A DNA stretch of 64,000 nt from Candidatus Bathyarchaeota archaeon. GTDB taxonomy: Archaea > Thermoproteota > Bathyarchaeia > Bathyarchaeales > Bathycorpusculaceae. Where the stretch lies: positions 14,703 through 78,702 of the forward strand of contig CAWAKC010000012.1 in the NCBI GenBank assembly GCA_963782525.1. Direction: 5' to 3'. This document shows, piece by piece, positions 53,427 to 63,496 of the stretch (the first letter of the stretch is position 1; each line of letters starts with the position of its first letter). The translations under genes were made by a program, and so were the position numbers. Under the pieces are notes generated by a model that saw only the letters and a program-made list of their open reading frames with translations, searched no databases and was not told the origin of the DNA.

Positions 53427-53500
53427 GCCTCGATAGCTCAGCCCAGTGGAGCGGCTGCCTCGTAAGCAGCAGGCCGCGGGAGCAAAGCCCGCTCGAGGCT
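53427..53500 (+). tRNA. tRNA-Thr(CGT) with non-canonical T-loop
   Basis: All four stems perfectly paired; anticodon loop CTCGTAA; T-loop AGCAAAG; TTTAAAA TATA upstream and T-run downstream. Confidence 0.85.
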
Positions 53501-53605
53501 TTTTGGATCTATTTGTCGTTGTGTTGTGCAATCTTTGACGTGGAGCAGACTGCAATAACGTTTATTAAATGTTACGACATGAACTTTTTTTAAAGGCGGA
53601 GCAGA

Positions 53606-53935
53606 ATGCATCTTTTCCACTCCCATGGATCAAGCGAAAAGCTTCAATGCCCCTACAAAGGCTGCGAAAAACGCTTTGATAAACCAACGATGATTACAGA
53701 TGACTCTGTAATTCCACGCCAAACGCATTATGCCTGCCCATTCTGTATGTCAAAACTTGACCTAGCAGCAGAGAACTCCAAAGTCATCAGCGTAAGAGCA
53801 ACCGAGTACCCTATGGTTTTTGATTCCCCAGCCAAATGCGCACACTTCAGCGGGTTACTCAATGCGCCGTCAGGAAGCACGGATGAATGTTTAATTTGCC
53901 CCAAAGTCCTGCAATGCAACAACCGCAAAAAATGA
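53606..53935 (+). CDS. Multi-zinc-finger protein
   Basis: CPYKGC, CPFC, CAH, CLICP..C. Confidence 0.75.
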   Translation: MHLFHSHGSSEKLQCPYKGCEKRFDKPTMITDDSVIPRQTHYACPFCMSKLDLAAENSKVISVRATEYPMVFDSPAKCAHFSGLLNAPSGSTDECLICPKVLQCNNRKK

Positions 53936-53939
53936 GTTT

Positions 53940-54248
53940 TTAACCGCCGCCGACAGGTGGAAGAATAGCTAAAACATCGCCAGCTTTAAGCTGTGTTTCT
54001 AAACCGTTGAGGGTTGAGGTGCTGGTTCCGCTTACGAGGAACTGGAGAAAATTTTTAGGCGTCCCCGTTTTTTCATCATAAACGTATTCAGTGAATGGTG
54101 TGCCGTATTTTTTGGATAGCGTTTTAAGAACCAAATCAACAGTAACACTCTCACCTTCAGAAAACGACAGGGTTTCTTCTCTTTTACCGACCATTTCACG
54201 TAAGCTAGTGAAGAAGCGAACTGTAACTTCCACTTTTCGGTTCACCAA
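53940..54248 (-). CDS. MoaD/SAMP ubiquitin-like protein
   Basis: VRFF..LRE..G, GD.LAILPPVGGG C-terminus. Confidence 0.92.
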   Translation of the reverse strand: MVNRKVEVTVRFFTSLREMVGKREETLSFSEGESVTVDLVLKTLSKKYGTPFTEYVYDEKTGTPKNFLQFLVSGTSTSTLNGLETQLKAGDVLAILPPVGGG

Positions 54249-54345
54249 CAGAACATTGCAGTTTGTAGAAATTAACCATTATGCAAATGGTGAAACAGTT
54301 TGATACCACAAAGCCTTATCCAGCAAGGAAACGGGTTTTCTAGGT

Positions 54346-54462
54346 ATGAGCACAAAAAAGAAGCAACCGAAAATCAGGGGTTTTAGGCCTCCTATGGATG
54401 AAGCCAGCGACCCCAGCCACGACGCACACATAAAACGACTGCGTGAACAAGAAAAGAAATAG
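54346..54462 (+). CDS. 38-aa charged micropeptide MSTKKKQPKIRGFRPPMDEASDPSHDAHIKRLREQEKK
   Basis: ATG..TAG frame; CCTTATC TATA-like box about 30 nt upstream. Confidence 0.5.
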   Translation: MSTKKKQPKIRGFRPPMDEASDPSHDAHIKRLREQEKK

Positions 54463-54516
54463 CGGTTCTCCAACAACTTTTAAGCGAACTTCAACAAGAG
54501 TAGTTAGAGGGCTTGC

Positions 54517-55287
54517 TTGATGATACTGAGTCTATCCAACGGGATATTCAGCAAACTACGTTTAGACGGAAACTTCGCGGCTGTCAAACAGCTCGGGTTC
54601 CACGACATCGAGTTTAATATGAAATCCATCAAAAAAGAACACGACACCGACGTTTACCGCGAACAGAAAGCGTTGGCTGCTTCAGGCTTGAACTGTTTAA
54701 GTCTTCATTCAGCGGTCCTACACGTGAAAGACCCCATCGAGGTTCATCAAGCGGTTTACTACGGAAAAATCTCGCTTGAATGTGCCAGAGCTCTGCGAAC
54801 TTCGCTTGTGACCGTGCATTCGAATGTTTCGAAGAAGCTGCCGAGAGAGATCAGGGAGAAGTGTTTGCGGGAGGTTTTTGGGGAAATCAAACCTTTTGCC
54901 AAACAACTTGGAATCAAGTTGTCTTTAGAGAACCTGTCTTATACTTCAACTGGGTTCGGCAAGAACGTTGAGCAACTTGAAGAGGTCCTCGGAGTCATCG
55001 ACCCGAAGGGCGAAATGGGGATCACTTTTGATTTGTGTCATGCTCTTGAAACCAAAGAAGTTGAAAATCTACTTGACGCTTATGTCAAGCGAGTATGCAA
55101 CGTGCATATGGCAAACAAATCCCACCGACCTTTTACAAAAGAAACTCCCGAGTTAACGGCTTTTTTAAGCAGACTTCATGATTACGGCTATGATGGACCG
55201 ATAACTTTGGAACTTGAACACAGCACAACCATGGAAGAAATTGCTAAAAGCAAAGCCTTCTTCGAAATACTGCTAAAGAAATTTTAG
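54517..55287 (+). CDS. Sugar phosphate isomerase/AP endonuclease 2-like TIM barrel
   Basis: SLEN, FDLCH, VH, H, LE metal ligands. Confidence 0.85.
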   Translation: MMILSLSNGIFSKLRLDGNFAAVKQLGFHDIEFNMKSIKKEHDTDVYREQKALAASGLNCLSLHSAVLHVKDPIEVHQAVYYGKISLECARALRTSLVTVHSNVSKKLPREIREKCLREVFGEIKPFAKQLGIKLSLENLSYTSTGFGKNVEQLEEVLGVIDPKGEMGITFDLCHALETKEVENLLDAYVKRVCNVHMANKSHRPFTKETPELTAFLSRLHDYGYDGPITLELEHSTTMEEIAKSKAFFEILLKKF

Positions 55288-55346
55288 ATTTATTTTGGTC
55301 ACATTTTTAAATCATTAAACCAAATACTATTCAAAAATACTTACCA

Positions 55347-57683
55347 GTGGAGAGCATAAAAGACTCAATGTCCTCTAAAGACCAAAGTTTTAACGACGGC
55401 AACGGGCAAAACAAAAGACCAGAAGCAAAAAAATCAGCCCTCCTAAAGAACGCTTTCCTCGTCACTGCCGGGGTCGTAAGTTTAGGACTACTATACATTT
55501 TAAGCCGCCAAAACTACCTGCTCTTCCACAGCATCGTTGAAATCTTCAGCATAGTCATCGCCTTTGCAATCTTCGCCGTAGCATGGAACAGCAGACGAAT
55601 AGTTCAGAACAATTATTTCATTTTTATCGGCATAGCATTCCTATTCGTAGCTGGACTGGACGTTTTCCATACTTTAGCGTACAAGGGAATGGGTGTTTTT
55701 CCAAGTTTTATAGGCCCCAACCTTGCCACTCAACTTTGGATCGCCACAAGGTATGTTCTTGGCTTTTCTTTTCTGATTCCGTTACTATTTACTCAACGCA
55801 GAATTAAACCAGCCATAATCGTAGTTGGATACGGCATAGTTTCGGCTTTGCTTTTGGCTTCAATCTTCGTGTGGCAAAACTTCCCCGTAGCTTATGACAG
55901 CAACACTCTTAGCTTAACGGTTTTCAAGATAGGCAGCGAATACGCCATATCAATCATAATCTTAGCAGCCATCGGCTTATTGATAAAAAAGCGCAAAGAA
56001 TTCAGCGCTGACATCTACAAGCTACTATTAGCTGCTATGACATTGGCATTTGCAACTGAAATGGCTTTCACGTTATACACAGATGTTTATGGCATCGCAA
56101 ATATGGTTGGACATCTTCTTAACGTTCTCTCCTTCTACCTAATTTATAGGGCACTAGTCCAAACTGGCCTCACTAAACCCTACGAACTCTTATTCCGCAA
56201 CCTCAAACAAAACGAAACAGCCCTAGCAAATCATGCACAAGAATTAACACAAGTAAACGAGAAGCTTGAAAAAGAAATTACCGAACGCCGAGCTGTTGAA
56301 ACTGCACTACGAGAAAGCGAAGAACACCTGCAACTAAAACTAGATTCCGTACTCTCGCCAGAAGTAGAATTAGCAGAAACTGACATAGCCAACATAATAG
56401 ACGTACCTAAACTCCAAGCAACCATGAACCACCTCTACACTGTAACGAACATGGGCTTTGCACTAATCGACCTCAAAGGAAACGTACTTGTAGGCACAGG
56501 TTGGCAAGATATATGCACTAAATTCCATCGCGTCAACACGTTAACCTGCAAAAACTGCATCGAAAGTGACCTTGAACTCACAGGTGGACTACAAAACGGC
56601 GAAATCCGCCTTTACAAATGCAAAAATAACATGTGGGATGTAGCTACACCCCTTTTCATCGGCGAGAAACACGTTGCTAATGTTTTCTTTGGTCAATTCT
56701 TTTTCGTCGATGAAAAAGTTGACCGTGCACTATTTGCGGCTCAAGCAGAACAATATGGGTTCGACAAAGAAGAGTATCTCCAAGCATTTGATAAAATTCC
56801 AAGATTTAGTAGAAAAGAAATCCAAGACCTAATGGTTTTCTATTCGAGAATGTCAGAGTGGATTTCAAAAATAAGCCTCTCTAACCTCAAACTCGCTAAA
56901 TCCCTCTACAACCAAAAAGAGCTACAGGGAAAACTCGAAGAAAAAGCCGCAGAAGTCGAAGAATTTGCCATGCAAATGGAAGAGTTAGCTGAAGATAGGG
57001 CGAAAAAACTCAAAGATGCTGAACGATTATCTGCAATTGGCCAGACTGCCGGCATGGTTGGACACGACATACGGAATCCCCTGCAAGCGATAACCAGTGA
57101 ACTGTACTTAGAAAAACTAGAAATTGATACGTTACCAAACGGCGAAGCAAAAACTAACTTGTTGGAAAGCATACAGAGCATCGAAGAAAACCTGTTTTAC
57201 ATCAACAAGATTGTGGCTGACCTACAGGATTTCGCTAGACCCCTCAACCCAAAGAAAGAACAGGTCAATGCGGAACAAGTAATCAATGAATCATTAGAGA
57301 TGATAATTATTCCCCAAACTATCAAAACCAACGTTTCAGCTCAAAAAGAATTGTCAAATCTCATCCTTGACTCCACTCTAATCAAGCGAATACTCATAAA
57401 CCTCATTCAAAACGCTGTACAAGCCATGCCTAACGGAGGAACCCTAACCGTTAGCGTCACTAACCAGAAAGGACAAACCAAAATTGAAATAGAAGACACT
57501 GGAGAAGGAATACCCGTGGAAGTACAAGGCAAACTTTTCACGCCCTTAATGACCACTAAATCGAAGGGTCAAGGCTTTGGTTTGGCAGTCGTTAAACGCA
57601 TGACGGAAGCAATGAACGGCACAGTGACTTTTGAGAGTGAAAGGGGCAAGGGCACAAAATTCGCACTGGAATTTCCAAATTAA
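55347..57683 (+). CDS. Sensor histidine kinase (MASE3 + PocR + HisKA + HATPase)
   Basis: NYLLFHSIVEIFS..HTLAYKGMG; WQDICTKFHR..C..SD; HDIRNPL; DTGEGI, GFGL. Confidence 0.92.
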   Translation: MESIKDSMSSKDQSFNDGNGQNKRPEAKKSALLKNAFLVTAGVVSLGLLYILSRQNYLLFHSIVEIFSIVIAFAIFAVAWNSRRIVQNNYFIFIGIAFLFVAGLDVFHTLAYKGMGVFPSFIGPNLATQLWIATRYVLGFSFLIPLLFTQRRIKPAIIVVGYGIVSALLLASIFVWQNFPVAYDSNTLSLTVFKIGSEYAISIIILAAIGLLIKKRKEFSADIYKLLLAAMTLAFATEMAFTLYTDVYGIANMVGHLLNVLSFYLIYRALVQTGLTKPYELLFRNLKQNETALANHAQELTQVNEKLEKEITERRAVETALRESEEHLQLKLDSVLSPEVELAETDIANIIDVPKLQATMNHLYTVTNMGFALIDLKGNVLVGTGWQDICTKFHRVNTLTCKNCIESDLELTGGLQNGEIRLYKCKNNMWDVATPLFIGEKHVANVFFGQFFFVDEKVDRALFAAQAEQYGFDKEEYLQAFDKIPRFSRKEIQDLMVFYSRMSEWISKISLSNLKLAKSLYNQKELQGKLEEKAAEVEEFAMQMEELAEDRAKKLKDAERLSAIGQTAGMVGHDIRNPLQAITSELYLEKLEIDTLPNGEAKTNLLESIQSIEENLFYINKIVADLQDFARPLNPKKEQVNAEQVINESLEMIIIPQTIKTNVSAQKELSNLILDSTLIKRILINLIQNAVQAMPNGGTLTVSVTNQKGQTKIEIEDTGEGIPVEVQGKLFTPLMTTKSKGQGFGLAVVKRMTEAMNGTVTFESERGKGTKFALEFPN

Positions 57684-57685
57684 AA

Positions 57686-58537
57686 CTATTTTTTGAAGCT
57701 TACTGCAGCGTAGCCAACGACGCTTGAGTGGTCGCCTGTGATGTCGCCGCTGTTGTGGTAGCTTAACAGTTGAGCTTTAGCACACACGCCTACGCCATAG
57801 GTGATTAGGGAGGTTATGGGAGCGTAGCCACAGGCGGTTATGTTTTGGGTTTCGACGGTTTCGTAGAAACGTTTGGCGTCCATATCGGTTATGGCTTTGA
57901 GGGCGGCTTGGTCTTTTGAAGCGGCAGTTTTTGCTGGTTCGTAATGGGTCATGTCTGAAGAAGCTATGACAACTGTATTGGATCCGTCTAAAGCTTCGGT
58001 TAAAGCAAGTCCAACTTCGACGGCTGAATCGTAATCCTGCAGCAAAAAGCAAATCGGCACAATCTTGAATGAGTTGCCAAACAGAAATTGTAGAAAGGGC
58101 AGTTGAACCTCGATTGAGTGCTCATAACGGTGTGCAACGTCGTCTACATCGACTATGCCGGTTTCATGCAGTATCGCGTCAGCGATTTTTGAATCAACCT
58201 CAACATCGCCGAGCGGCGTACGCCAGATGCCTTCCCGCATAAGTGCTAACCCGCTTCCATAGCCCGTGTGGTTAGGACCCAAAAGCACAACGGTATCGGG
58301 TTTGCCATCGATAGCTAACTCATAATAAGAATGCGCCGCCACCGGACCAGAATAAACGTAGCCTGCATGGGGACAAATTAAACCCACGACATTGCGTGGG
58401 TGGCTATGAAAATTAATTTGGGGAAGTTTTTGTGGTCCGAGTTGATGGAGAAAACAAGAGGTAATTTGTGCTCTGAGTGCTTCGGCGTCGCCCTCATAAA
58501 ATTGAGAAGCAACAACTGGACGCCGAATCGTTGGCAA
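57686..58537 (-). CDS. MEMO1-family protein (AmmeMemoRadiSam protein B)
   Basis: PHAGYVYSG, GPNH, EHSIEVQLPFLQ, SSDMTHY, CG, VVGYA. Confidence 0.93.
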   Translation of the reverse strand: MPTIRRPVVASQFYEGDAEALRAQITSCFLHQLGPQKLPQINFHSHPRNVVGLICPHAGYVYSGPVAAHSYYELAIDGKPDTVVLLGPNHTGYGSGLALMREGIWRTPLGDVEVDSKIADAILHETGIVDVDDVAHRYEHSIEVQLPFLQFLFGNSFKIVPICFLLQDYDSAVEVGLALTEALDGSNTVVIASSDMTHYEPAKTAASKDQAALKAITDMDAKRFYETVETQNITACGYAPITSLITYGVGVCAKAQLLSYHNSGDITGDHSSVVGYAAVSFKK

Positions 58538-58541
58538 ACCC

Positions 58542-59318
58542 TTAGCCTTCTTCGTCGTCTTCGCGTGTCACTTTAGCTTCGAAGTCTTCGATGGATACTG
58601 GTGGGTCTTTGTCTGGGCCGAGTTCGCCGCGTTCTCTAAGTACTTGTCTTGCAAGTAGCCAGAATACGACTGCTAATGCGCGTCTGCCTTTGTTGTTGGT
58701 TGGGATGACTAGATCTACGCCTTGGAATTCGTTGTCTGTGCTGCATAGGGCTACGATTGGGATGCCGACTTTGGATGCTTCTTTGACTGCTTGTGCGTCT
58801 GCTCTTGGGTCGCATACAAGGATGACTTCAGGGTCTATGCGGCTTGAGTATTGTGGGTTTGAGAGTTGCCCTGGGATGAATCTGCCGATGAGTGGTGTTG
58901 CACCTGTTAGTTTGCAGAACATTTTGACTGGTTCGTGAGCATAGAGTCTTGTGGCTGCAACTGCTACGCGTGCTGGTTCGTAGCGTGAGAGGAATTTTCC
59001 TGTAACTCGGATGCGGTCATCTGTTTTTTTAACGTCTAAAACGAATAAGCCGTCTGGGCGTACGCGGTAGATGAATGGTTCCATGTCGAGGGTTTTCATT
59101 CGGGTGCCGATGTGGATCCCTGCGGACAGTAGAGTGTCTCTGGGTAGTAGAAGGGTTTCTTCTGGAGCTTGAGCTGCTGAAGTTTCCTCTTCAGCTTCTT
59201 CCTCTTCGGCGTCTGTGCTAACTTCTTCAGTTGCTTCTTCTATGGGAGCCTCTACTTCTTCAGGTTCCTCTTGTTGATCTTCAACTGGTAGATTTTCTTT
59301 TCCTACATCTTCAGACAT
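58542..59318 (-). CDS. rpsB: 30S ribosomal protein uS2 with acidic N-terminal extension
   Basis: AGIHIGT, RPDGL, GRFIPG, PTNNKGR. Confidence 0.96.
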   Translation of the reverse strand: MSEDVGKENLPVEDQQEEPEEVEAPIEEATEEVSTDAEEEEAEEETSAAQAPEETLLLPRDTLLSAGIHIGTRMKTLDMEPFIYRVRPDGLFVLDVKKTDDRIRVTGKFLSRYEPARVAVAATRLYAHEPVKMFCKLTGATPLIGRFIPGQLSNPQYSSRIDPEVILVCDPRADAQAVKEASKVGIPIVALCSTDNEFQGVDLVIPTNNKGRRALAVVFWLLARQVLRERGELGPDKDPPVSIEDFEAKVTREDDEEG

Positions 59319-59334
59319 ACTGGTTCATCTTCTC

Positions 59335-60588
59335 TTAACGTATTTTTAAATCAGCCATTTTGGCTCTGTCACCAAGGAAATGTTCAATGCGGATGAGCTC
59401 GTTTAGTTTGGCTATGCGTGCGCCTTCAACTACGCCCGTTTTGATGAGGGGGCATTTGTAGGCTACTGCCAAATGAGCTATGTGCCAATCACATGTGTCG
59501 CCGCTGCGATGAGAGACGACGGTATCGTAACCATGCCTTTGTGCTACCTCGATTGTATCAGCTGCATCGGTTAAGGTGCCTATCTGGTTGACTTTTATTA
59601 TGATGGCGTTTCCCGCGTTAATCTTAATTCCATTATTTAACCTTTCAGTATTAGTTGTGAACAAATCGTCTCCGCAAATCAAGCAATTCTTGGCTTTGCG
59701 AGTTAACTCTGCGAAGCTGTCAAAGTCGTCTTCATTGAAGGGATCTTCAACGTAGGCCAAGTGGTACTTTTCAATTAACTCCATCATAAACTCTAACTGT
59801 TCGGCAGTATCCAGTTTTTTACCCAAGTTCTCGTAAACGTACTTTTCTTCTTTGGACTTCCAAAAAGAAGAAGCTGCAACATCAAGACCAAACCCGCATT
59901 CGAAGTCCATTTCGTTGCCGACTTCTTCACAGGCTTTCGCAATAACTTCAAAGGCGTCAACTGTGTCGATGTTAGCTATCCATGCGCCCTCGTCGCTTTT
60001 GCCACCGTTAAAAGTGCTGCTTTTCTTTTTAAGCGAGTCTCCAATTTTTTTGTGGATCAGTGTGTTAGCGGTTTGGGCTTCAAGAAAACTTTCTGCACCA
60101 TGAGGCAACGCAAGGTATTCTTGGATGTCTGGTGCTTTGCCACGGGCGTGTGCTCCGCCACTTATGCAGTTGCCTAAAGGATAAGGCATAGTTGTTGCGG
60201 CGTTTCCTCCAAGAAACTGGAATAATAGTAAACTGTGACTGTTTGCGGCGGCTTCGGCGTTGGCAAGAGATATTGCGAACGCAGTGTTTCCGCCGATGTT
60301 CTTAAAATCAGTGGTGCCATCGATTTCATGCAGAGTATTGTCGATTTCTTCTTGAAAATCAGCATTTAACCCTGCCAATTCAGGGGCAATTAAATCATCA
60401 ACTTTTTTTATGGCGGCCTCAACGCCGCCCTGCGGATAATAGACCACTTCAGCTTTTCCACGACTTTTGCCTGCTGGAGCAGCGCTTCTTCCGAACCCGG
60501 AAGCAGTAATTACATCGACCTCTATGGTTTCTTCTCCACGATTGTTGAAAACTTTTCTAGCAATGAGGTCTTCAATGATGGATGACAT
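59335..60588 (-). CDS. eno: Enolase
   Basis: RG.ETIEV, DEG, EDPF, GDDL, IKVNQIGTL, SHRSG. Confidence 0.95.
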   Translation of the reverse strand: MSSIIEDLIARKVFNNRGEETIEVDVITASGFGRSAAPAGKSRGKAEVVYYPQGGVEAAIKKVDDLIAPELAGLNADFQEEIDNTLHEIDGTTDFKNIGGNTAFAISLANAEAAANSHSLLLFQFLGGNAATTMPYPLGNCISGGAHARGKAPDIQEYLALPHGAESFLEAQTANTLIHKKIGDSLKKKSSTFNGGKSDEGAWIANIDTVDAFEVIAKACEEVGNEMDFECGFGLDVAASSFWKSKEEKYVYENLGKKLDTAEQLEFMMELIEKYHLAYVEDPFNEDDFDSFAELTRKAKNCLICGDDLFTTNTERLNNGIKINAGNAIIIKVNQIGTLTDAADTIEVAQRHGYDTVVSHRSGDTCDWHIAHLAVAYKCPLIKTGVVEGARIAKLNELIRIEHFLGDRAKMADLKIR

Positions 60589-60682
60589 GGGGTAATTAAA
60601 CCTCAAGTGGCTATAATTTTGTTGCGCACTTATTTTAGGTTTCGGAAAACAAAACTAATCGGTCAAGTGGTCGGATTCGCGC

Positions 60683-61339
60683 CTAAATTGATTCCCAGCG
60701 GTTCATTGCTTGCTGCCTTTTCTTTTGTTCTTTTAGTTTTTGAATTTCTTCGAATAGTACTATTGCAGTTGTGTATTGTTCATTGTAGTTACGGATGGTT
60801 TCTTGCATTTTTTCAGACCATTTTAGCAGGTGCGGATAGTACGGATTAGAGGTTGATTCGTTGCCACTTGGGTGGTCAAACCAGAATTCCCCGTAAGAAA
60901 CTGTTTTGCCGCTTGCAGTGACATTAAACTTGTATTCCTCCAAAATCAAGCCCAAACGCCCCAGAACCAGCCTAACGGCGCGATCAAGAATTTCAGGGTA
61001 TTTATCAGCTACCTGAAGATACTGAGCACTTGAATCATGCAAACGCGGCTTCTGATGCCACCACAAACCAGGTTTTTCCAACTCTTTGCTGACAATTTTT
61101 TCGGCATCCAAGATTAATTTGTTAACTTGGGCTTTCATCTGGGTTATTTTTTCCTCTTTCATACCCAAAGTTACTTCTGGATATTTTGATACGTATTCTT
61201 TGGTTGTTTTTTTGTACCATTCAGAGGCAAAACTTACTGTTTCCCCTAAAAATTCAAGTTTTAATTCTTCCATGCGCTTGCAAAATAGCGAGAGTTCTGT
61301 TTCTTTTCGAACAATCAATACATCAATGTCTTCACTCAT
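60683..61339 (-). CDS. Helical hypothetical protein
   Basis: 218-aa ORF with coiled-coil termini. Confidence 0.7.
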   Translation of the reverse strand: MSEDIDVLIVRKETELSLFCKRMEELKLEFLGETVSFASEWYKKTTKEYVSKYPEVTLGMKEEKITQMKAQVNKLILDAEKIVSKELEKPGLWWHQKPRLHDSSAQYLQVADKYPEILDRAVRLVLGRLGLILEEYKFNVTASGKTVSYGEFWFDHPSGNESTSNPYYPHLLKWSEKMQETIRNYNEQYTTAIVLFEEIQKLKEQKKRQQAMNRWESI

Positions 61340-61577
61340 GTTTAGGGGACCTCCGCTGGTTTTTCTGCAAACGCCTTTGCCATTTTGAAGGTATATGCCT
61401 TAATCTCATAAAAGATTTTGGAGAACAGGATACTGTTCCAGGAACTCATCTTAATTGAAACAAAAATTTTGAAAGGAAACTTCCCAAAATATTTGAGGCC
61501 TTAACGTAGAAAGCACCATCTTGAAAAGAACATTTTTATCCAAACAACCCAATACCTACCCATCAAGGTGTACAGTT

Positions 61578-62522
61578 ATGGGTAAAGGCTCAGGATATGG
61601 AAAAGTAATCTTGTTCGGCGAACACTTCGTAGTCCACGGCGTCCCCGGCATCGTATCAGCCATCGACTCCACAACAGACGCAGAAGTCAAGAAAGCAACT
61701 AAAGGAATCACCGTTCGAGATGAACGCAAAACCGCCAAGGGTTACAGCGAGGAAAAACGTCTCCAGCAACTCGAATCAATCCAAAACATGCTCAAAGCCA
61801 TGGGCATTGACCCCAAAATCGCTTTGGACATTTGGGTAGGCGGCACACTTCCAGGCTTCAGCGGACTTGGCGCTTCAGCAGCCAGCAGCGTCGCTATCGC
61901 ACGTGCCATAGCCCAAGAGCTGGGCATGAAAGTTGCCGAAGAAAAAATTAACCAAGTTGCATACGAAGCCGAAAAAGCCTACGCAGGCAATCCCTCAGGC
62001 ATCGACAACACCGCAGCCACCTACGGTGGTTTGATGTGGTTTAAAAAGAACATGGCAGGCGGCCAAGACATGATTGAACATTTAAACATTGAGTCACCTG
62101 TTGAAATCGTCATCGGCAGCACCGGCAAAGTCGCCAACACCAAAGCCATGGTGGAAGGTGTCGATGAACGCAAGCGCAAAAACCCCCAAAAATACAATGC
62201 AGCCTTCAAACGAGCCGAAGAACTTGCCTACGAAGGCAGAGCAGCCCTAGAATTCTATAACCTAAAAAAAGTCGGCGAACTCATGAACGAAAACCACCAC
62301 CTGCTCCAAGAAATAGAAGTTTCAAGCAAAGAACTCGACCTACTAGTTGACGTAGCCCGAAAACAGGGAGCATTTGGCGCTAAACTAACGGGCGGCGGAG
62401 GCGGAGGCTGCATGTTTGCGTTAACACCAGGCAAAGAGTTGCAGGGCAAAGTCGCGTCTGCATTCAAGACGGCTGGCTACGAGTTCTTAGCTACCAAAAT
62501 CGGCGTCGTAACCCAGCATTAA
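61578..62522 (+). CDS. mvk: Mevalonate kinase
   Basis: GKVILFGEHFVVHG, SGLGASAA, PSGIDN, KLTGGGGGG. Confidence 0.95.
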   Translation: MGKGSGYGKVILFGEHFVVHGVPGIVSAIDSTTDAEVKKATKGITVRDERKTAKGYSEEKRLQQLESIQNMLKAMGIDPKIALDIWVGGTLPGFSGLGASAASSVAIARAIAQELGMKVAEEKINQVAYEAEKAYAGNPSGIDNTAATYGGLMWFKKNMAGGQDMIEHLNIESPVEIVIGSTGKVANTKAMVEGVDERKRKNPQKYNAAFKRAEELAYEGRAALEFYNLKKVGELMNENHHLLQEIEVSSKELDLLVDVARKQGAFGAKLTGGGGGGCMFALTPGKELQGKVASAFKTAGYEFLATKIGVVTQH

Positions 62523-62708
62523 AAAAGAGGCGGACAAACCGCCCGACGGCGAATACACCCTACCGAATCGGCAAGCTAACATTGCACCTGCTGCCAGCCC
62601 TCGAATTCACCTACCAATATAAGAAATATTTCTCCTATTCTATCATCCAAAGATTAACAAGAAAAACCATCGGTCACGAAGTTAACAGAACCAAAATGCC
62701 CTACTCAT

Positions 62709-63041
62709 TTAAGATTGTTGTCTTAGCCCAACCACGTTACCGTCAACGTCCTTGACCTGAGCTATCAACAAACCACCACCTACTTCCTTAACATCTTGTA
62801 CAACTTCAGCACCGACCTTAACCATTGCTTGAAGACTACTTTTAATATCCGCTACATCTGTATAAACAATAGGTCCCACCTTAGAATTTGGGTCCAATCC
62901 GACTTCCAGATTGCCCACCCTATAACCTACATAGTAGGGGCTTGCGACATACGGTTCTGCATCTAGAAACTTGCCATAAAATGTTTTTGCTTTTTCTATA
63001 TCTTTAACCGGATAAACGATGAACTTAATGTTTTGTACCAT
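62709..63041 (-). CDS. VOC/glyoxalase-family protein
   Basis: PVKDIEKAKTFY, V.DI, A..KD.DGN.VGL. Confidence 0.85.
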   Translation of the reverse strand: MVQNIKFIVYPVKDIEKAKTFYGKFLDAEPYVASPYYVGYRVGNLEVGLDPNSKVGPIVYTDVADIKSSLQAMVKVGAEVVQDVKEVGGGLLIAQVKDVDGNVVGLRQQS

Positions 63042-63496
63042 AAAATGTCTCCCATCAAAATTAGTAACTGATAATTGTATAATCAATTTACTTGATAAAG
63101 TTATTGTCAATGAGTTTGCGTTGGGGATTCAAAGAAGGATTTAGAAAAACAAGCAGCTTTCCATCCTTCCAAAGTTTTGTGCTTCCGCAATAAGGACATT
63201 TTGTCTTTTCTTAACTCATGTCTTTCATTTCTGGCAAACTTCTGTCAATGGAAACAAAAAAGGGGAAGATATTGCTGATCAGACAGTGCGATGAAATTTT
63301 CTTCGGTCGCCAAGGGGCAGAGTTCAAATCCCGTCGGCTCACTCTTAGTGTCTTTTTACCAGTAAATTGGGGCTATAATCCCACGTTTTTAGGTTAGCAA
63401 CAAGCTAAATATCATATCATTGTTTCGTAACGAAATGTGAGCCAATAGAGTTATATTGACAACGCAACCATCTCACAGTATAGGAGAATTTTTGAA

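Noticed and set aside
63310-63342. Complete tRNA near GTTCAAATCCC
   Set aside because: No pairing 5' half or anticodon arm; at most a 3' fragment
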